Shown: piece after piece, positions 51,401-63,877 of the stretch
Layout: each line of letters begins with the position of its first letter
How positions within the stretch are numbered: position 1 is the stretch's first letter
NCBI GenBank assembly: GCA_051294375.1
Contig: CM119263.1
Location: 14,214,537-14,278,413, forward strand
Direction: 5' to 3'
DNA: 63,877 nt
Source of the DNA: Paraspadella gotoi
Lineage: Eukaryota; Animalia; Chaetognatha
Position numbers and translations under genes: made by a program
The notes under the pieces: model-generated
What the model was told of the DNA's origin: nothing
Databases searched by the model: none
Seen by the model: only the letters and a program-made list of their open reading frames with translations

Positions 51401-52896
51401 CGAAAGGATTACACATAATATTATAATCTCCATATTGAATGCTTGCTATGATTCTATCGATAATTAAAAATTCTTAAAATTACAAATATAGATTCAGTTT
51501 TTTAACTTTAATTTTTTAACATTACCTTTGTTTTAAAAATAATCGAAGCGTCTGATCGATGATATTTTATAATTTTCTATCGGATTTCAAGTTTTGAGTT
51601 ATGAAACCATTGAACTACTTCTCTTGAAGAATAATTCTTGAATTGTTTGAGGGAGAAACAAAAATTATCGTCTCATATATCTTTAAGTCAACTATTTTCA
51701 TGAGATTTATCGTTTGATATCTAGTAACACAGGAAGACATTGTATAAAAGATTTATAGCAAAATGACTAAATGAATAAGTACTTTTTTTTTAATGTATAC
51801 TTGTACAGACGCACATGATGTGCTCAAACTGCTCAATGCTCATGGTACCTTGCCTCCTATCAAATATAAATTTTATATATATATAAATATATATTTATAT
51901 TATATAATATAATATTATCGGAAATTATAAACATTTTGAAATGTAATTAGGACAAATAGACAGACGTACCAACCTTTCGATCAGCGGAACATAGAGTTGC
52001 TTGGCGAGTGTTCTCGGCTCAAGTAAAATTCGGAGATTCAATATTTTTAATATATTTCGAAGTTATCAACTTATATTTTTAACAAAATAAATTGAATTTA
52101 AACCCTGATCACTGAACGACAAGCATCAAACTAAGAAAGCATTGTCAGGCATTTTCAAGCTTCTCGACCAGAACAACGACGAAAAACGGAGAAGAAGACG
52201 ACGAATACGAGTTGAAACAACGATTGAAGTCTTTCTTCTCTGAAAAAAAGTTTCGTGTCAGCGAAAACTGAGCCACTTAACCTTTATTGTTAAACTAGTT
52301 TTGAGACGCAATGGTCCATGGTCCATACTATGGATTTGATTTAATTTTGAGTCAATATTTGGTTTTGATTTCAACGAATCATTCTTTTCGCTATTTTCAG
52401 TGGCAACTTGCTGGACGGCGACTCCTTAATTCATCTGGCGGCCAAAAACGGAAACCTCGAGTTTTGTTTCCTCTTACGCGCGATTTCGGCGTCGAGTGGA
52501 CTGCGCTGTGACGCCGCGGGAGAGACGCGTTGGGCCTCGCCGAAGACGCCGGTTATGGCGAGGAGGCCGTGACGCTGATGAAAGCGACGGAGGGGGCGAA
52601 CTCGGGCGGTGGAACGAACTAGAAAGAAAAACAAAAGTCGGGCGCCCAGAGGCGAGAGAGTCGGGAGAAAAAATTTGAGAAAAGGAAGAAGATTTGGAAA
52701 AGATGAAAAGAGTTATGAGGAGACGAGGAAGAGATGAGGAGAAGGAGATCGAGTTTTTGGACGAAATCAGGAACGACGCCTTCGGAGATGAAGAAGAAGA
52801 TGAGGATGATGAATGTGATGATGAAGATGAAAATAATGTAGATGATGAGGATGGACTCGAAGACGACAATGATTTTTCCGAAAAATTAATGATTAG
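48420..52896 (+). CDS. Ankyrin-repeat gene, copy B with many indels
   Basis: Colinear with 22704-27224. Frames are broken by 1-bp indels. Confidence 0.6.
51282..51418 (+). mobile_element. Hammerhead-containing Penelope-like insertion (duplicate of 25586-25725)
   Basis: CTGATGAAGGCTT..AAAGCCGAAACATGTC with the same 16-bp TSD at 51266-51281 and 51419-51434. Confidence 0.75.
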
Positions 52897-53270
52897 TGAA
52901 ATGAGTTAGATACTAAAGACCTGGCAAAAAAAAAAAAAAAAAACATTGCCCAAATATCTGGTTTGATTCCTTTAATTAAAAAATATTATAGGTCAATAAA
53001 CTTTAGAGAAAAAGCAACGTTCACTCGATCTTTTCTTGTTAATGATAATATTAGGGGTAGCCGCTCTCAATGGGGTGAGTCAAAAATTTAGAGTGAGTAC
53101 ATGCTCAAACGAAAATTATACATTTTTATGCATACTTTCAAGGACAAAAAAATTCTTTATATGGCTCTATTGTCTATACCCTAGTAATTAATTTTTAATA
53201 TTTATTTATAAATAGGAAAGGCCAAAAAATTTTTTGAGAAATTTTTAATTTTAGGATCAAATTCAGATAG

Positions 53271-53734
53271 TGTAGCGGTAGTATTTCATACCCCGTTCAG
53301 GACTTGTGTGCAACGGACGCGTGAACTGCTCGCGGGGACTCGTCTTCTTCAGTGGTTAGCCTACACAAACATGCTGGCCATAATACTATCCTCATGTTAA
53401 CACACCTCTGCCCTCGACCATCGTGTGTGAGACGGGAGCAAAAAAGGCAGCCCCTCTAGAGTGCTCGGGCACAACGCGTCCATCATTGCCATCACACTTG
53501 AGCGGGTGTGTGATTGCCTCGGAGGGGATGTGTAGCGGTGTATTTATATATATAGCGCCAGAGGTAGCACGAGCTCTCCCAACCCAAGGACTCGGGTACG
53601 CGTCCTGCTGATTCACGCAAGTAAAAGCGGGACGGGGCGTCTAACCACCTGTAGTGACTGACTACAGCCCGATTCCGAAGTTGGTGACCTTTTTGTGCAA
53701 CGGACGGTGAATGCTCGCGGCATCGTCTTCCACA
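53271..53734 (+). mobile_element. TRIM-like element (duplicate of 27606-28073)
   Basis: Same LTR/PBS/PPT layout and ATAG TSD. Confidence 0.8.
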
Positions 53735-54465
53735 ATAGCTCATAAAAGTTGTCTATACAAAGTATTAATTCTTTTTTAATATATTTATGATAAATAGGTC
53801 AAAAATATTTATTTTTACTGAGAAACGTAAGAATTTTGAAGCTGTAATTATATTTTCTTGTTTAACTTTTTATGCTCTATCAGAATCCATAAAAAAATTT
53901 AAGATTTCAAAAAAATTTAATTAGGTGTTAAAGTACCTCAGAAAAAAAGTATTTTTGACAAAAATATTTTAATACAAATTCTATGCTCATGTATACATTA
54001 GCATTTAAATTTCATCGGCTATGGTTAATAATATGGATTGTTTTCAGTTTTTATTATATATGAAAATTTCAAAATTAGCTGTTATACTTTTTAAATTAAA
54101 AAAACAACTAAATATATGTGTTTTTAATTTTAATTAAAATGTTTTTTTTTTAATTGTTTTGCTTATCTAAAACTAAAATTATTGTTTATGTTTGTTTATG
54201 ATGTTAGTTTTGACTTCTGTAAATATATTATGAATACGATGCATACGATAATTTTTTAGCCGATGATTAATCGCGGTAATTATCCAGAGAAAGAGCATAG
54301 CGGGGAAAAGTTTTTGAATGAGATCGAGGTAAGAGGTATCAGAAACAATAATAATAATTCATCACCATCGCGGAATTCGCACGCGCAATCTACGCCACGT
54401 CGGATATTCCAAGTAGTAGTGTCATGAAAGGCTCATACCTTGAAATTTTACCCAATTATAATTTG

Positions 54466-54597
54466 CAGGAATAAGTTTGATTTGTTTGTGACAACGATTG
54501 TTTTATTTCAGTTAAAACAAATCGTTTGTCACAAACAAATCAAACTTATTCCTGAAAATTCCGAAAGCTACGAAACGAAAGGATTACTCAATGTCCA
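54466..54597 (+). mobile_element. Hairpin insertion (duplicate of 28809-28942)
   Basis: Same inverted arms and CAATTATAATT flanks. Confidence 0.7.
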
Positions 54598-54851
54598 CAA
54601 TTATAATTATACTTAAAAGGAAACAGAACAAACAAAAAACCTTTATTTTCGTGAATTAGCATAACCAGTTATAAAAATAAAAAAATTGAATTAAATCTTT
54701 GTATTAGTAGCAATCTGCGTTAGGAAACAATGGGATCTTTTGTATTCATTTCTTTACAAACCGGTAGAGGGAGACTGAGAGGCCCCTTCTTCGGACACCT
54801 ATTTAGATTGTGACCAATAGAATCTTCATTCTTTCGTAAAAAGGAAAAAGA

Positions 54852-57800
54852 ATGAAGGCTCTCAGCTCATCTTCGTCCTGACCCTAGTCGGTAAGTACTG
54901 TCATGTTTCATGTCGCTCAAGAGCAACGGGCGGCCCGAAAGTATTAGCATTAGGTAATGGGGTGATAGGAAAAAAACGTGATTAGACCTTTCGGTGCTTC
55001 TCCCACAATAACTAATAGATAATCGATTAATTTTGTTCTTAAAAAAACATTAGACTTTACGTTTTTCCTTGATCCTCCGGCTAAATATTATTTATTTTTT
55101 TTTTAAATTAGGACAACAGTTGGTTCAAACGATAAGCAGACCCAGAACGCATATAAAAACTAATCTCTTACGTAAGCTTTATTCAAGTAAGTTCAACATT
55201 GATTGCTTTCAAAGTGAAATTCGTTGTACATATGTATAAATTTATTGACGAATTCATTAGCGACTGTTTTTCTTGTTTGTTTTTTTTTGTAGAGCTCAAT
55301 GATGACGGATCTAATTCCAAAGAAATTTTACGATCTAAAAAGGGTGAGTACAATGTAATTTGTAACATTAAGTTAGATATCCTTAGCAGTAAGTTTGCAT
55401 AAACATAATTGTACCGCAGTACGTACATACCTAACAGGCTAGGACTATGATAGTTGTATGTTATTAATTGATAAAACACGATTAGAATTTTTTGGCAACT
55501 CTTTCAATATTAAAGGAAAAAACATACTTCATATACTCCTGCACTGCTCCAAACGTTTGTAAACTATGAAAAGTTTATTGGAGTCAACTTTTTATAAGAG
55601 ACAGTGATAGATAGAGTATAAATATTACAATTTTACACATTGTACATCATACAATAGAAATGAATTAATTCAATTAATTCAGAGACATTCATTTTTTATA
55701 AATGGTGATTTTAAAACTACAATAACAAACTTTGACCAAAGTATTATTTCTTTATGAAGGAAATTATAACAAACGATATAACTATAAGGACGATATTGAA
55801 TTTGGTGATGATAATTTGACTGTTTATTATGACCGAGCAGCTGATTACACGGAGAGTTATGAAATTGGTACAACCAATATAAAAATTATCCATTCATTTA
55901 ATAAATAGCTATCTTGCCCCTGACTTTGGACAGGCTTTGGTGGTTTAAGGCCTCCATCACTCTTACAAGATAATGACATAGTAGGTCCCTGCTATTATTA
56001 GTAATAATGTTTTGAGAATAATCAAGGCAGTTCAGTAATGAAACATTATTCTTAATTTATTTCAGAATTACTCTCAAGGATAAGCGAACTTCTCAACTTG
56101 ACTCTCAATAACTCTTCAGATTCCAAAAGTTCCGACAACTTGATCACTGAAACAACTCAAAACCCGAATCTGGGGATGAATACGTTGTAACTGAAGGACC
56201 TGATTCTAAGTCTCAAAACACTTCTGCAAATAGTGAAAATCCAACTGAAAGTCCTGATTCTTCTAACAATGATGCAACTGAAAGTCCTGATCACTATGAT
56301 TCAGTGACTCAAAGCAATAGTGCTCATGGTAATAATCCAACTGAAAGTCCTAATTATTCCGATTATTCCTCTCACGATGATGCAACTGAAGTCCTGATTA
56401 CTATGATTCAGTGACTGAAAGCAATAGTGCTCATGGTAATAATCCAACTGAAAGTCCATATTATTCCAATTATTCCTCTCACAATGATGCAACTGAAGGT
56501 TCTGATTACTATTGATTCAGTGACTGAAAGCAATAGTGCTCATGGTAATAATCCAACTGAAAGTCCATATTATTCCGATTATTCCTCTCACTATGATGCA
56601 ACTGAAGGTCCTGATTACTATGATTCAGTGACTGAAAGCAATAGTGCTCATGGTAATAATCCAACTGAAAGTCCATATTATTCCAATTATTCCTCTCACA
56701 ATGATGCAACTGAAGGTTCTGATTACTATGATTCAGTGACTGAAAGCAATAGTGCTCATGGTAATAATCCAACTGAAATCCATATTATTCCTATTATATC
56801 CTCTCACTATGATGCAACTAAAGGTCCTGATGGTAATAATCCAACTGAAAGTCCATATTATTCCTATTTATCCTCTCACTATGATGCAAATGAAGGTCCT
56901 GACTACTATGATTCAGTGACTCAAAGCAATAATGCTCATCATAATAATCCAGCTAAAAGTCCTTATTATTCCTATTATTCCTCTCACTATGATGCAACTG
57001 AAGGTTCTGATTACTATGATTCAGTGACTGAAAGCAATAGTGCTCATGGTAATAATCCAACTGAAAGTCCATATTATTCCTATTATTCCTCTCACTATGA
57101 TGCAACTGAAGGTCCTGATGGTAATAATCCAACTGAAAGTCCTTATTATCCTATTATCCTCTCACTATGATGCAATGAAGTCCTGATGGTAATTAATCCA
57201 ACTGAAAGTCCTTATTATTCCTATATATTCCTCTACTATGATGCAAATAAAGGGTCCTGACTACTATGATTCAGTGACTCAAAGCAATAGTGCTCATCAT
57301 AATAATCCAGCTAAAATCCTTATTATTCCTATTATTCCTCTCACTATCATATGCAACTGAAGGTCCATGATGGTAATAATCCAACTGAAAGTCCATATTA
57401 TTCCTATTTTCCTCTTACTATGATGCAAATAAAGGTCCTGATACTATGATTCAGTGACTCAAAGCAATAGCTCATCATAATAATCCAGCTAAAAGTCTTA
57501 TTATTNNNNNNNNNNNNNNNNNNNNNNNNNCCTATTATTCCTCTCACTATGATGCAAATGAAGGTCCTGATTACTATGATTCAGTGACTCAAAGCAATGC
57601 TCATGGTAATAATCCAACTGAAAGTCCATATTATTCCTATTATTCCTCTTACTATGATGCAAATAAAGGTCCTGATTACTATGATTCAGTGACTCAAAGC
57701 AATAATGCTCATCATAATAATCCAGCTAAAAGTCCTTATTATTCCTATTATTCCTCTCACTATGATGCAACTGAAGGTCCTGATGGTAATAATCCAACTG

Positions 57801-59020
57801 AAAGTCCATATTATTCCTCTCACTATGATGCAACTGAAAGTCCTTCTTACTATAATGATTACTCCTCTAACTATTATAATCAATACGATCATCACGAGAC
57901 CACGACTGCCACCCCAGATACTGAAGCAACTGGAATTCCAGACTTTTTTAAATGTAAACATGGGAATTGTGGAGCCTTGGATGTAAATCCTTTCGCAAAT
58001 CCAGGTAAAGATTCTTGATAGTTATTTTTAAAAAAATTGGAACTAAAAACTTTTTAATTCCCTTTTTTACTGGTAAAAATTTGTATTCAAAGGTGCTTGT
58101 GAAGAATTAATGACAGAAATTTTGAATTGGGTTGTCAAAAATTATGACGATGATCACCTTCGTCACTTGAACCGCCGTGATCACGATCACGATCACTTTC
58201 ACGATCACTTTCACGATCACAATCACGATCACGATCACAGTCACGATCACAATCATGATCACCGTCGCCGTGATCACAATGAGAATGACCTCAATAAGAA
58301 AATTCATAATTTTTGGGTAAGCATGGCTACCAATGCCCTCTGTTTTTTCTTCAAAATTATTTTTTAATCAATTTTTTTTAATCCCTCTAGATATTTGTGA
58401 CGAATTTAATGGAAAAAACTGAAAAAATCTGCCAGCGTACTCATCGCTCGCTACTCATAAAATCGTTTCAGACGATTGTACAATATTTAGAAGAAGATGG
58501 CCACAAGGAAAGAGAAGTGAAAAGAGAGGAGAAGCTCAAAAGGGAAGTCAAAGAAATAGCAAAGGCAAAACGTATTACAAAGAAAACAGGACGAATCGGG
58601 GACCTGAAGACGATTAAAAGGATAAAGCGGGAACCAGCTAAATATTCGAACAAAGACAAAATGAAGGCGGTGTTGATCCCAAAGTTGAGGGCTTTGATTA
58701 GGAAAGGTGTGGAACTAATAAGAGGCAAGAAACTTAATAAGAAACGCTTTGAAAAAAAAAATATGCCAAAAAAAGTGGAGAATAAAAATGAAAAGAATAC
58801 TCTGAAAAGGTTAAGCTTAAGAGATATAAATCAAAAGAGTTTGGCGAAAAAGAATACGCAAAGAGTTAAAAGGAGAAATGGAAAGTTTTTGAAGAGAAGA
58901 CCGAACTTAAATTTGAGAGATAAGATGCAAAAAAAGATGAGAAAATCCAACTTTAGGAGGAAAGTTGACGAGGCAGATTCGATTAAGAAAGGATCGAGAC
59001 CTGGAAGGAAGTTCAACTGA
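54852..59020 (+). CDS. Secreted Tyr-rich repeat protein, copy B (3' exons intact)
   Basis: Intact ORFs at 57584-58018 (..FFKCKHGNCGALDVNPFANPG), 58110-58316 (DHDHDHFHDH tract) and 58391-59020 (Lys/Arg-rich), joined by GT-AG introns. Confidence 0.8.
55910..55972 (-). ncRNA. Twister ribozyme motif (duplicate of 30268-30330)
   Basis: Identical 63-nt motif. Confidence 0.78.
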
Positions 59021-59830
59021 TGAAGATGATTGTCAAATTGGAGAAACCATAACAAACGAATGATAAAAAACTACTAAAACCCGGCATCACTAAAATATTA
59101 TTTGAATTATGGCATGCAGCCTCTTACTGTGTAGACTTTTGTCATGCAATGGTGAATTCGAAATAAATGCTTGTTTTAATTTTACTATTACTATTAATAT
59201 TCTTATCGAATACAGCTATAAAACCTTTAATAATATAATAATTAGCTGTATTAATTTATCTCTAGTGTCACTAATGTGGATTTATCATAATAAAATAAAT
59301 ACGTCCCAGCTGAGCTGTTGGTGCTTTGCCTATTAAAGTTTTTAAACACAATATCAAAAAACGATTTTTATTTTCTGTCATTATCATCAGTTAGAATTTT
59401 CTCCGCCGACAAGAAGTTATTGTTCTCTTTTTCCTTTTAACTTCCGTCTCGTATCATATCCGAAACCCGAACCTCCGACGTCACTGAGCGCCCTTCACGT
59501 CAACCAATAGACGCACGTATGTAGAGTTGACCAATCAAAAGCCGCGTTTCGTGCTTCATCAACGCTTGGCGACGGCAGAATCCCTGCCATGACTTGCCTA
59601 CGCCCGGCATCCAGCCTCATACGGAGAACCAGAATTAGTGAGAAAGCAATCAATGCCTCGGGAGTTTTTTGCAGTCGATTTTTTTTATTAATCAGCCGCA
59701 ATAGTAAAAAATTTATTCGTTGGGTATATATCTTATATCTTTGAACTTAAAAAAAGTCGAGTTTCCCGCCCATTCGATGCAATAAACTTGTACGATGTCA
59801 GAAGACTGTTTACTTTAACAGAAAAAAAAA

Positions 59831-61670
59831 ATGAAAGTAAGTTTGCTAATTACTAATTACGACGTAATGCCGAATTTATCATGTAGCTAAAACACACGGA
59901 TCAGACAACATTGGTGCCTGATATCATGCAAATTTTCCCTATTTCATTTTTTTTTTTTTGGTAACGTTTTCTCTTTCCCTCCTCTACTCTATGTACCTCT
60001 CTACTCCAAGGCTGTCCGCCAAGTGAGCCGCGAGCGCCTCGGCTTCGGCCGGAAGCGGAGCGCCTCGTCGGGGGGGCGGTCGCGTTCGCAGGACTCGGTG
60101 GAGGGAGCCGCGGAGACGAGCGGCGCCCTGGAGCTGAAGCCTCTCGACGACGCCGAGCCGTTGTGCGACGCCGCGGAACACGGCGACATCGACGCCGTCA
60201 AAGAGATTCTGACAAACGCCTTCGCCGATCCCAACGCCTGTAAGTTAAGCGGCGTTCGACGGAGTTTGTTTTTTTGTTGATATATTGTGTTTTAAAATTA
60301 ATTGGTAGTATCACTAACCATTATTGATTATTTATGACCAATTAAAAAAAAAAAAACCCTCTTCGCTCGGATTCCCCGTTCGTTTGAAAGGCTCCAACGG
60401 AAAGACGGCGCTGTACTTGGCGGCGGCGGCGGGGCACTTGGAGGTCGTCTGCTTCCTCCTCTCGCACGGCGCCTCCCCCAACCGGAAGTCCAGTCTCGGA
60501 GACACGCCCCTCCACGTGGCCGCCGCCAACGGGCAGACTGATATCGTCGAAAAGTTGATCGCCGAAGGTACAAGAAATGTTATCAATTAATTAATTAAGA
60601 AAGAAAGATAGAAAGAAAGAAAGAACCAATCGATCAATCACTTAATTAATTAAGTCAATAAATCATAAAACAAATAAATCAAATGAATTTATAATAAATA
60701 TAACATTATCATTATCACTCAACACTGTAGAAAATAATACAGGTTGAAAATGATACAAGTCGTCGTCCTCCCAATTATCATAGTCATCATCAACTATGAT
60801 ATTAAATTAAGTCAATCTATCACATCCTCGTCAGGCTGTCTGAAGACGGACGAACTGGATCTCTACGAACGCACCCCGCTCCACCCGGCGGCGGCGGGCG
60901 GCCACTTGGAGGTGGTGACGCTGCTGCTGCTACGTGGCGCCGACGCGGACCGCGTGGACGGATCCTCCGAGTCGCCGCTCCACCTCGCGTCGGCGCGGAA
61001 TCACTACCCCGTCGTGCAAGCGCTCATAGAGGGCGGCGCCGACGTCAACCTCTTGAACGAGGAAGGACAGACTCCGTTGCACATCGGTAAACAATCGAGC
61101 TTAAAACTATAGCGATATATATTCATAAATGGAGTGGACAAGTAATAAAAATAGTCGAAATGTTAAACGGCAAAATTAGTCAGTTCTTGGAAATGTTTCG
61201 TCGTCCCAATTTGTCGGCTTTTGGAGTCGAAATGCCGGTGTACTTGACCCGGAACTCCTTGACTTTTCTAGAAAATTTCGCCAAAGAGAAAGAGAGAGAT
61301 CAGTACAGTGGCTGAAACTCGAAAGCTAGTCGAGTTGACCGGTGACAAAGCTTGCTTGCATGTTTGCATCCCATGATCAGCCTGCGAAGAAGGTCACGTG
61401 GAAACGACACAAATCCTCCTCGCCGCTCAGGCGGACATGAACCTCTTGGATTCACACGGAGTGGCGGCACTCTACGCCGCCACCTGCAAAGATCATTTCG
61501 AGGTTTGTTAGGTTGGCGCCGTTGGCGAAGGATATGATTCGACCCTGGATCATGGATGTTGACCGTTTATTCATGCATTTCGTTTTTTCAGATTGTTCGG
61601 TTGCTCTCAGTGCACGGGGCCAATCTCAATATTATGAACTCTCGAGGCCAAGGTGAGACGGTTTTCTCTC

Positions 61671-61747
<77 letters not shown>

Positions 61748-62941
61748 TTCCTCTAAAAGAAAACCATCCCCTCTTCAGCACCCCTGCACATGGCTGTCCT
61801 GCAGTCCAACCTTGAAATCATCCAAGAACTCGTGAACGACGGGGCGTCGCTCGACGTTCAGGACGACGACGGTTACACCCCGCTGTACTTGGCTTCGTGG
61901 AATCCTTACAAGTGCAGGTGATTATTCCTTAATCTTTCATTGATAAATTCTTTTATTCATTCTCTCATTCAATCACTCATTAAAACTCTTTTCTTCAATC
62001 ATTCCTTTGTTTCTTTTTGACCTTAAACATTTTTCTAAGTCGAAAGAACAACGTCTCTACCCTTTCATACTTGATCGAAAAACGTGCTAACATGAACATT
62101 TGTGATAACGGCGGATCGGCTCCTCTGCTGAGGTCCTTCTATCGAAAGGACAAAACCATGTTTGAATCGCTTCTCAGAAGGTAAAATTGGAGGGATTTTT
62201 GGTTGGGTAATCTAAAATATACTCTAAGACGTCACAAAATATTATAAAAAGATAATTATTTTGTGAATTCCGCAATCTACCAGCGGAGCGGACGTGAACA
62301 TTGGAACCTGTGATCTTCTATACACGGCCGTCTTCCTCGGCGACGTCCACACCTGCAAGATGCTTGTCCAGTCTGGCGTCGATCTCTGGAGGGAACAGTG
62401 GCTCGATCCCAACAAGGTCACTGCCAAGGGAGAGCAGAAGGACGCCACAAAGAACAAAGAGAGTTTCAGGTGAATAAGAAAGAAAAAGAAAGAAGGAAAG
62501 AAAGAAAGAAGAATAATTTTTATCTTATTCGTTATAAAATCAAAAGCATTAAAACCGTTTTCTTCCCGCCCTCCATAATCGCTTCAGCATGCTGCACGGT
62601 TGGTTGAAGCGACTCCGGTCCGAACCTCGTCGCCTCAAGCACGTCTGCGCGCTGACGATTCGCAGACACGCCGTGCCCCTCTTGCCTCACAGGGTCAATC
62701 GGCTCACTCTTCCGCAATGCTTGAAGGTCGGCGATTTAGAAACAAAGAACTTCCTGAAAGAATCAGTTAATTATTTTTTTTATTGAACATCGTAAGGGTA
62801 TTTTTTTTTTTATCCCAGGACTACCTGCTCTTGAAGAACCCCAACTCAGTTGACGACTACGAAATTCCCATCACTGATTCCACAGACTACGGCGAGGAGT
62901 GGATCAACAATCTCACGTTGAAGGACAGAAACTCCAATTGA
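59831..62941 (+). CDS. Ankyrin repeat and SOCS box (ASB family) protein, ~524 aa, 11 exons
   Basis: Exons 59831-59836, 60011-60239, 60391-60567, 60835-61086, 61381-61502, 61592-61652, 61779-61917, 62040-62180, 62284-62469, 62588-62726 and 62819-62941 splice in frame (1575 nt). It has ~10 ankyrin repeats (GKTALYLAAAAGHLEVV, GDTPLHVAAANG, GQTPLHIACEEGH, GYTPLYLA) and a C-terminal SOCS box PRRLKHVCALTIRRH..RLTLPQCLKDYLL. Confidence 0.92.
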
Positions 62942-63877
62942 ACCACTCCCCCCCCTACCGATTAACGTCGACCCCGAAGACGGCGTAGCCGCTGCCTCTC
63001 TAACACCTTATTTAAATGTTCTACTGTGTAGAGCGAATGTTAAGTGACGTTCAGTGACTTATTTTTCTTTCCTAATCCGATATGATCTCTCTCCTTTTTT
63101 TAATTTTTAGGGTGGGGTTAAGTTTTGGCGCGAATCCTACTCAGCCGCTCAGGTTTTTTAATCTTTAAAATTGCCGCCTTTGCAGCTTTAATACGCATTC
63201 GTGCATGTGCTACGAACGCATGTGTAACTGTGCCAAAATAATCAGTCTTGGTAATAAAAAAAGTTTACTCTGTAGCTTAGTGCTGATATTCGATTCATTA
63301 ATTACGTCTTTTGTTGCAAATGAATTTTAGAACATACTGAAGCACTATTATTTTTATAAATATTGTATGTGTCAAGCTAAAAAACGCGGTGGAGTTTTAA
63401 TTTATCAACCTAAAACCAAAAATAACTACTTTAAATTATAATAATTATATATCTGAAAATCTCTTTGATCTCATAAATTCTCAAGTGCATTGAATTTTGT
63501 CTGAATACAATGTTCTCATTGTTTAAAAATTTGTTAAATTTTTGTATGCTTATAAAATTCGGTTTCCAATTCATGCTAGATAGACCGGCTAAACAAGTGA
63601 AAGTAAGTAGCTTAGTTGTTTCGAATATATAGTATATTTTCACTATTTAAAATTTGTAAAAATAATGCGGAGAATTACAATAAACAACAAAAAACGTTGC
63701 GAAAAAAGTTTTGCATTGCATGTTGCATTAATGTTAAGAAGTAAGGAGTATGTATGGCGGTTAAGATTCTTATTTTTCACTTTTGTAAAAAGACTTTTGA
63801 AATCTGTCTTGGTTTTTTTCCGTGGAATATGAGAGAGTCAGGTCGTATTTCGATGAGCGGAATATATGAAGACATTG

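Larger units (their letters stand above)
41880..63877 (+). repeat. Copy B of ~22 kb direct duplication
   Basis: Colinear with 16084-38095. Noisy at its left end and clean after the 25-N gap at 57506-57530. Confidence 0.95.

Noticed and set aside
34075-52896. Frameshifted gene copies as true pseudogenes
   Set aside because: Lesions are almost all 1-bp indels whose density follows distance from the gaps, which fits long-read error rather than decay.

Overview
AT-rich eukaryotic (probably invertebrate animal) genomic DNA with short GT-AG introns, many (GA)n/(GAC)n/(GAAA)n microsatellites, N gaps and long stretches with indel-type read noise. A ~22 kb block occurs twice (16084-38095 and 41880-63877), most likely a false duplication from long-read gap filling. 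The block holds three spliced + strand genes: a low-complexity ankyrin-repeat protein, a secreted protein with Tyr/Ser/Asp-rich 36-aa repeats, a His-Asp tract and a Lys/Arg tail, and an 11-exon ankyrin-repeat/SOCS-box (ASB family) gene. A fourth, partial gene lies on the - strand. The main find is a ~315-bp repeat family, both tandem (39965-40987) and dispersed (4053-4250, 30216-30350, 55858-55992). Each unit carries a circularly permuted twister-ribozyme fold with compensatory changes in both pseudoknots and a palindromic P1, so it looks like a twister-based retrozyme-like element. The window also has short Penelope-type insertions with a minimal hammerhead core and TSDs, a 468-bp TRIM-like LTR element, a LINE 3' remnant, a ~650-bp satellite array and a ~3.3 kb fold-back that is probably artefactual. 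All calls were made by eye; no searches or folding programs were run.
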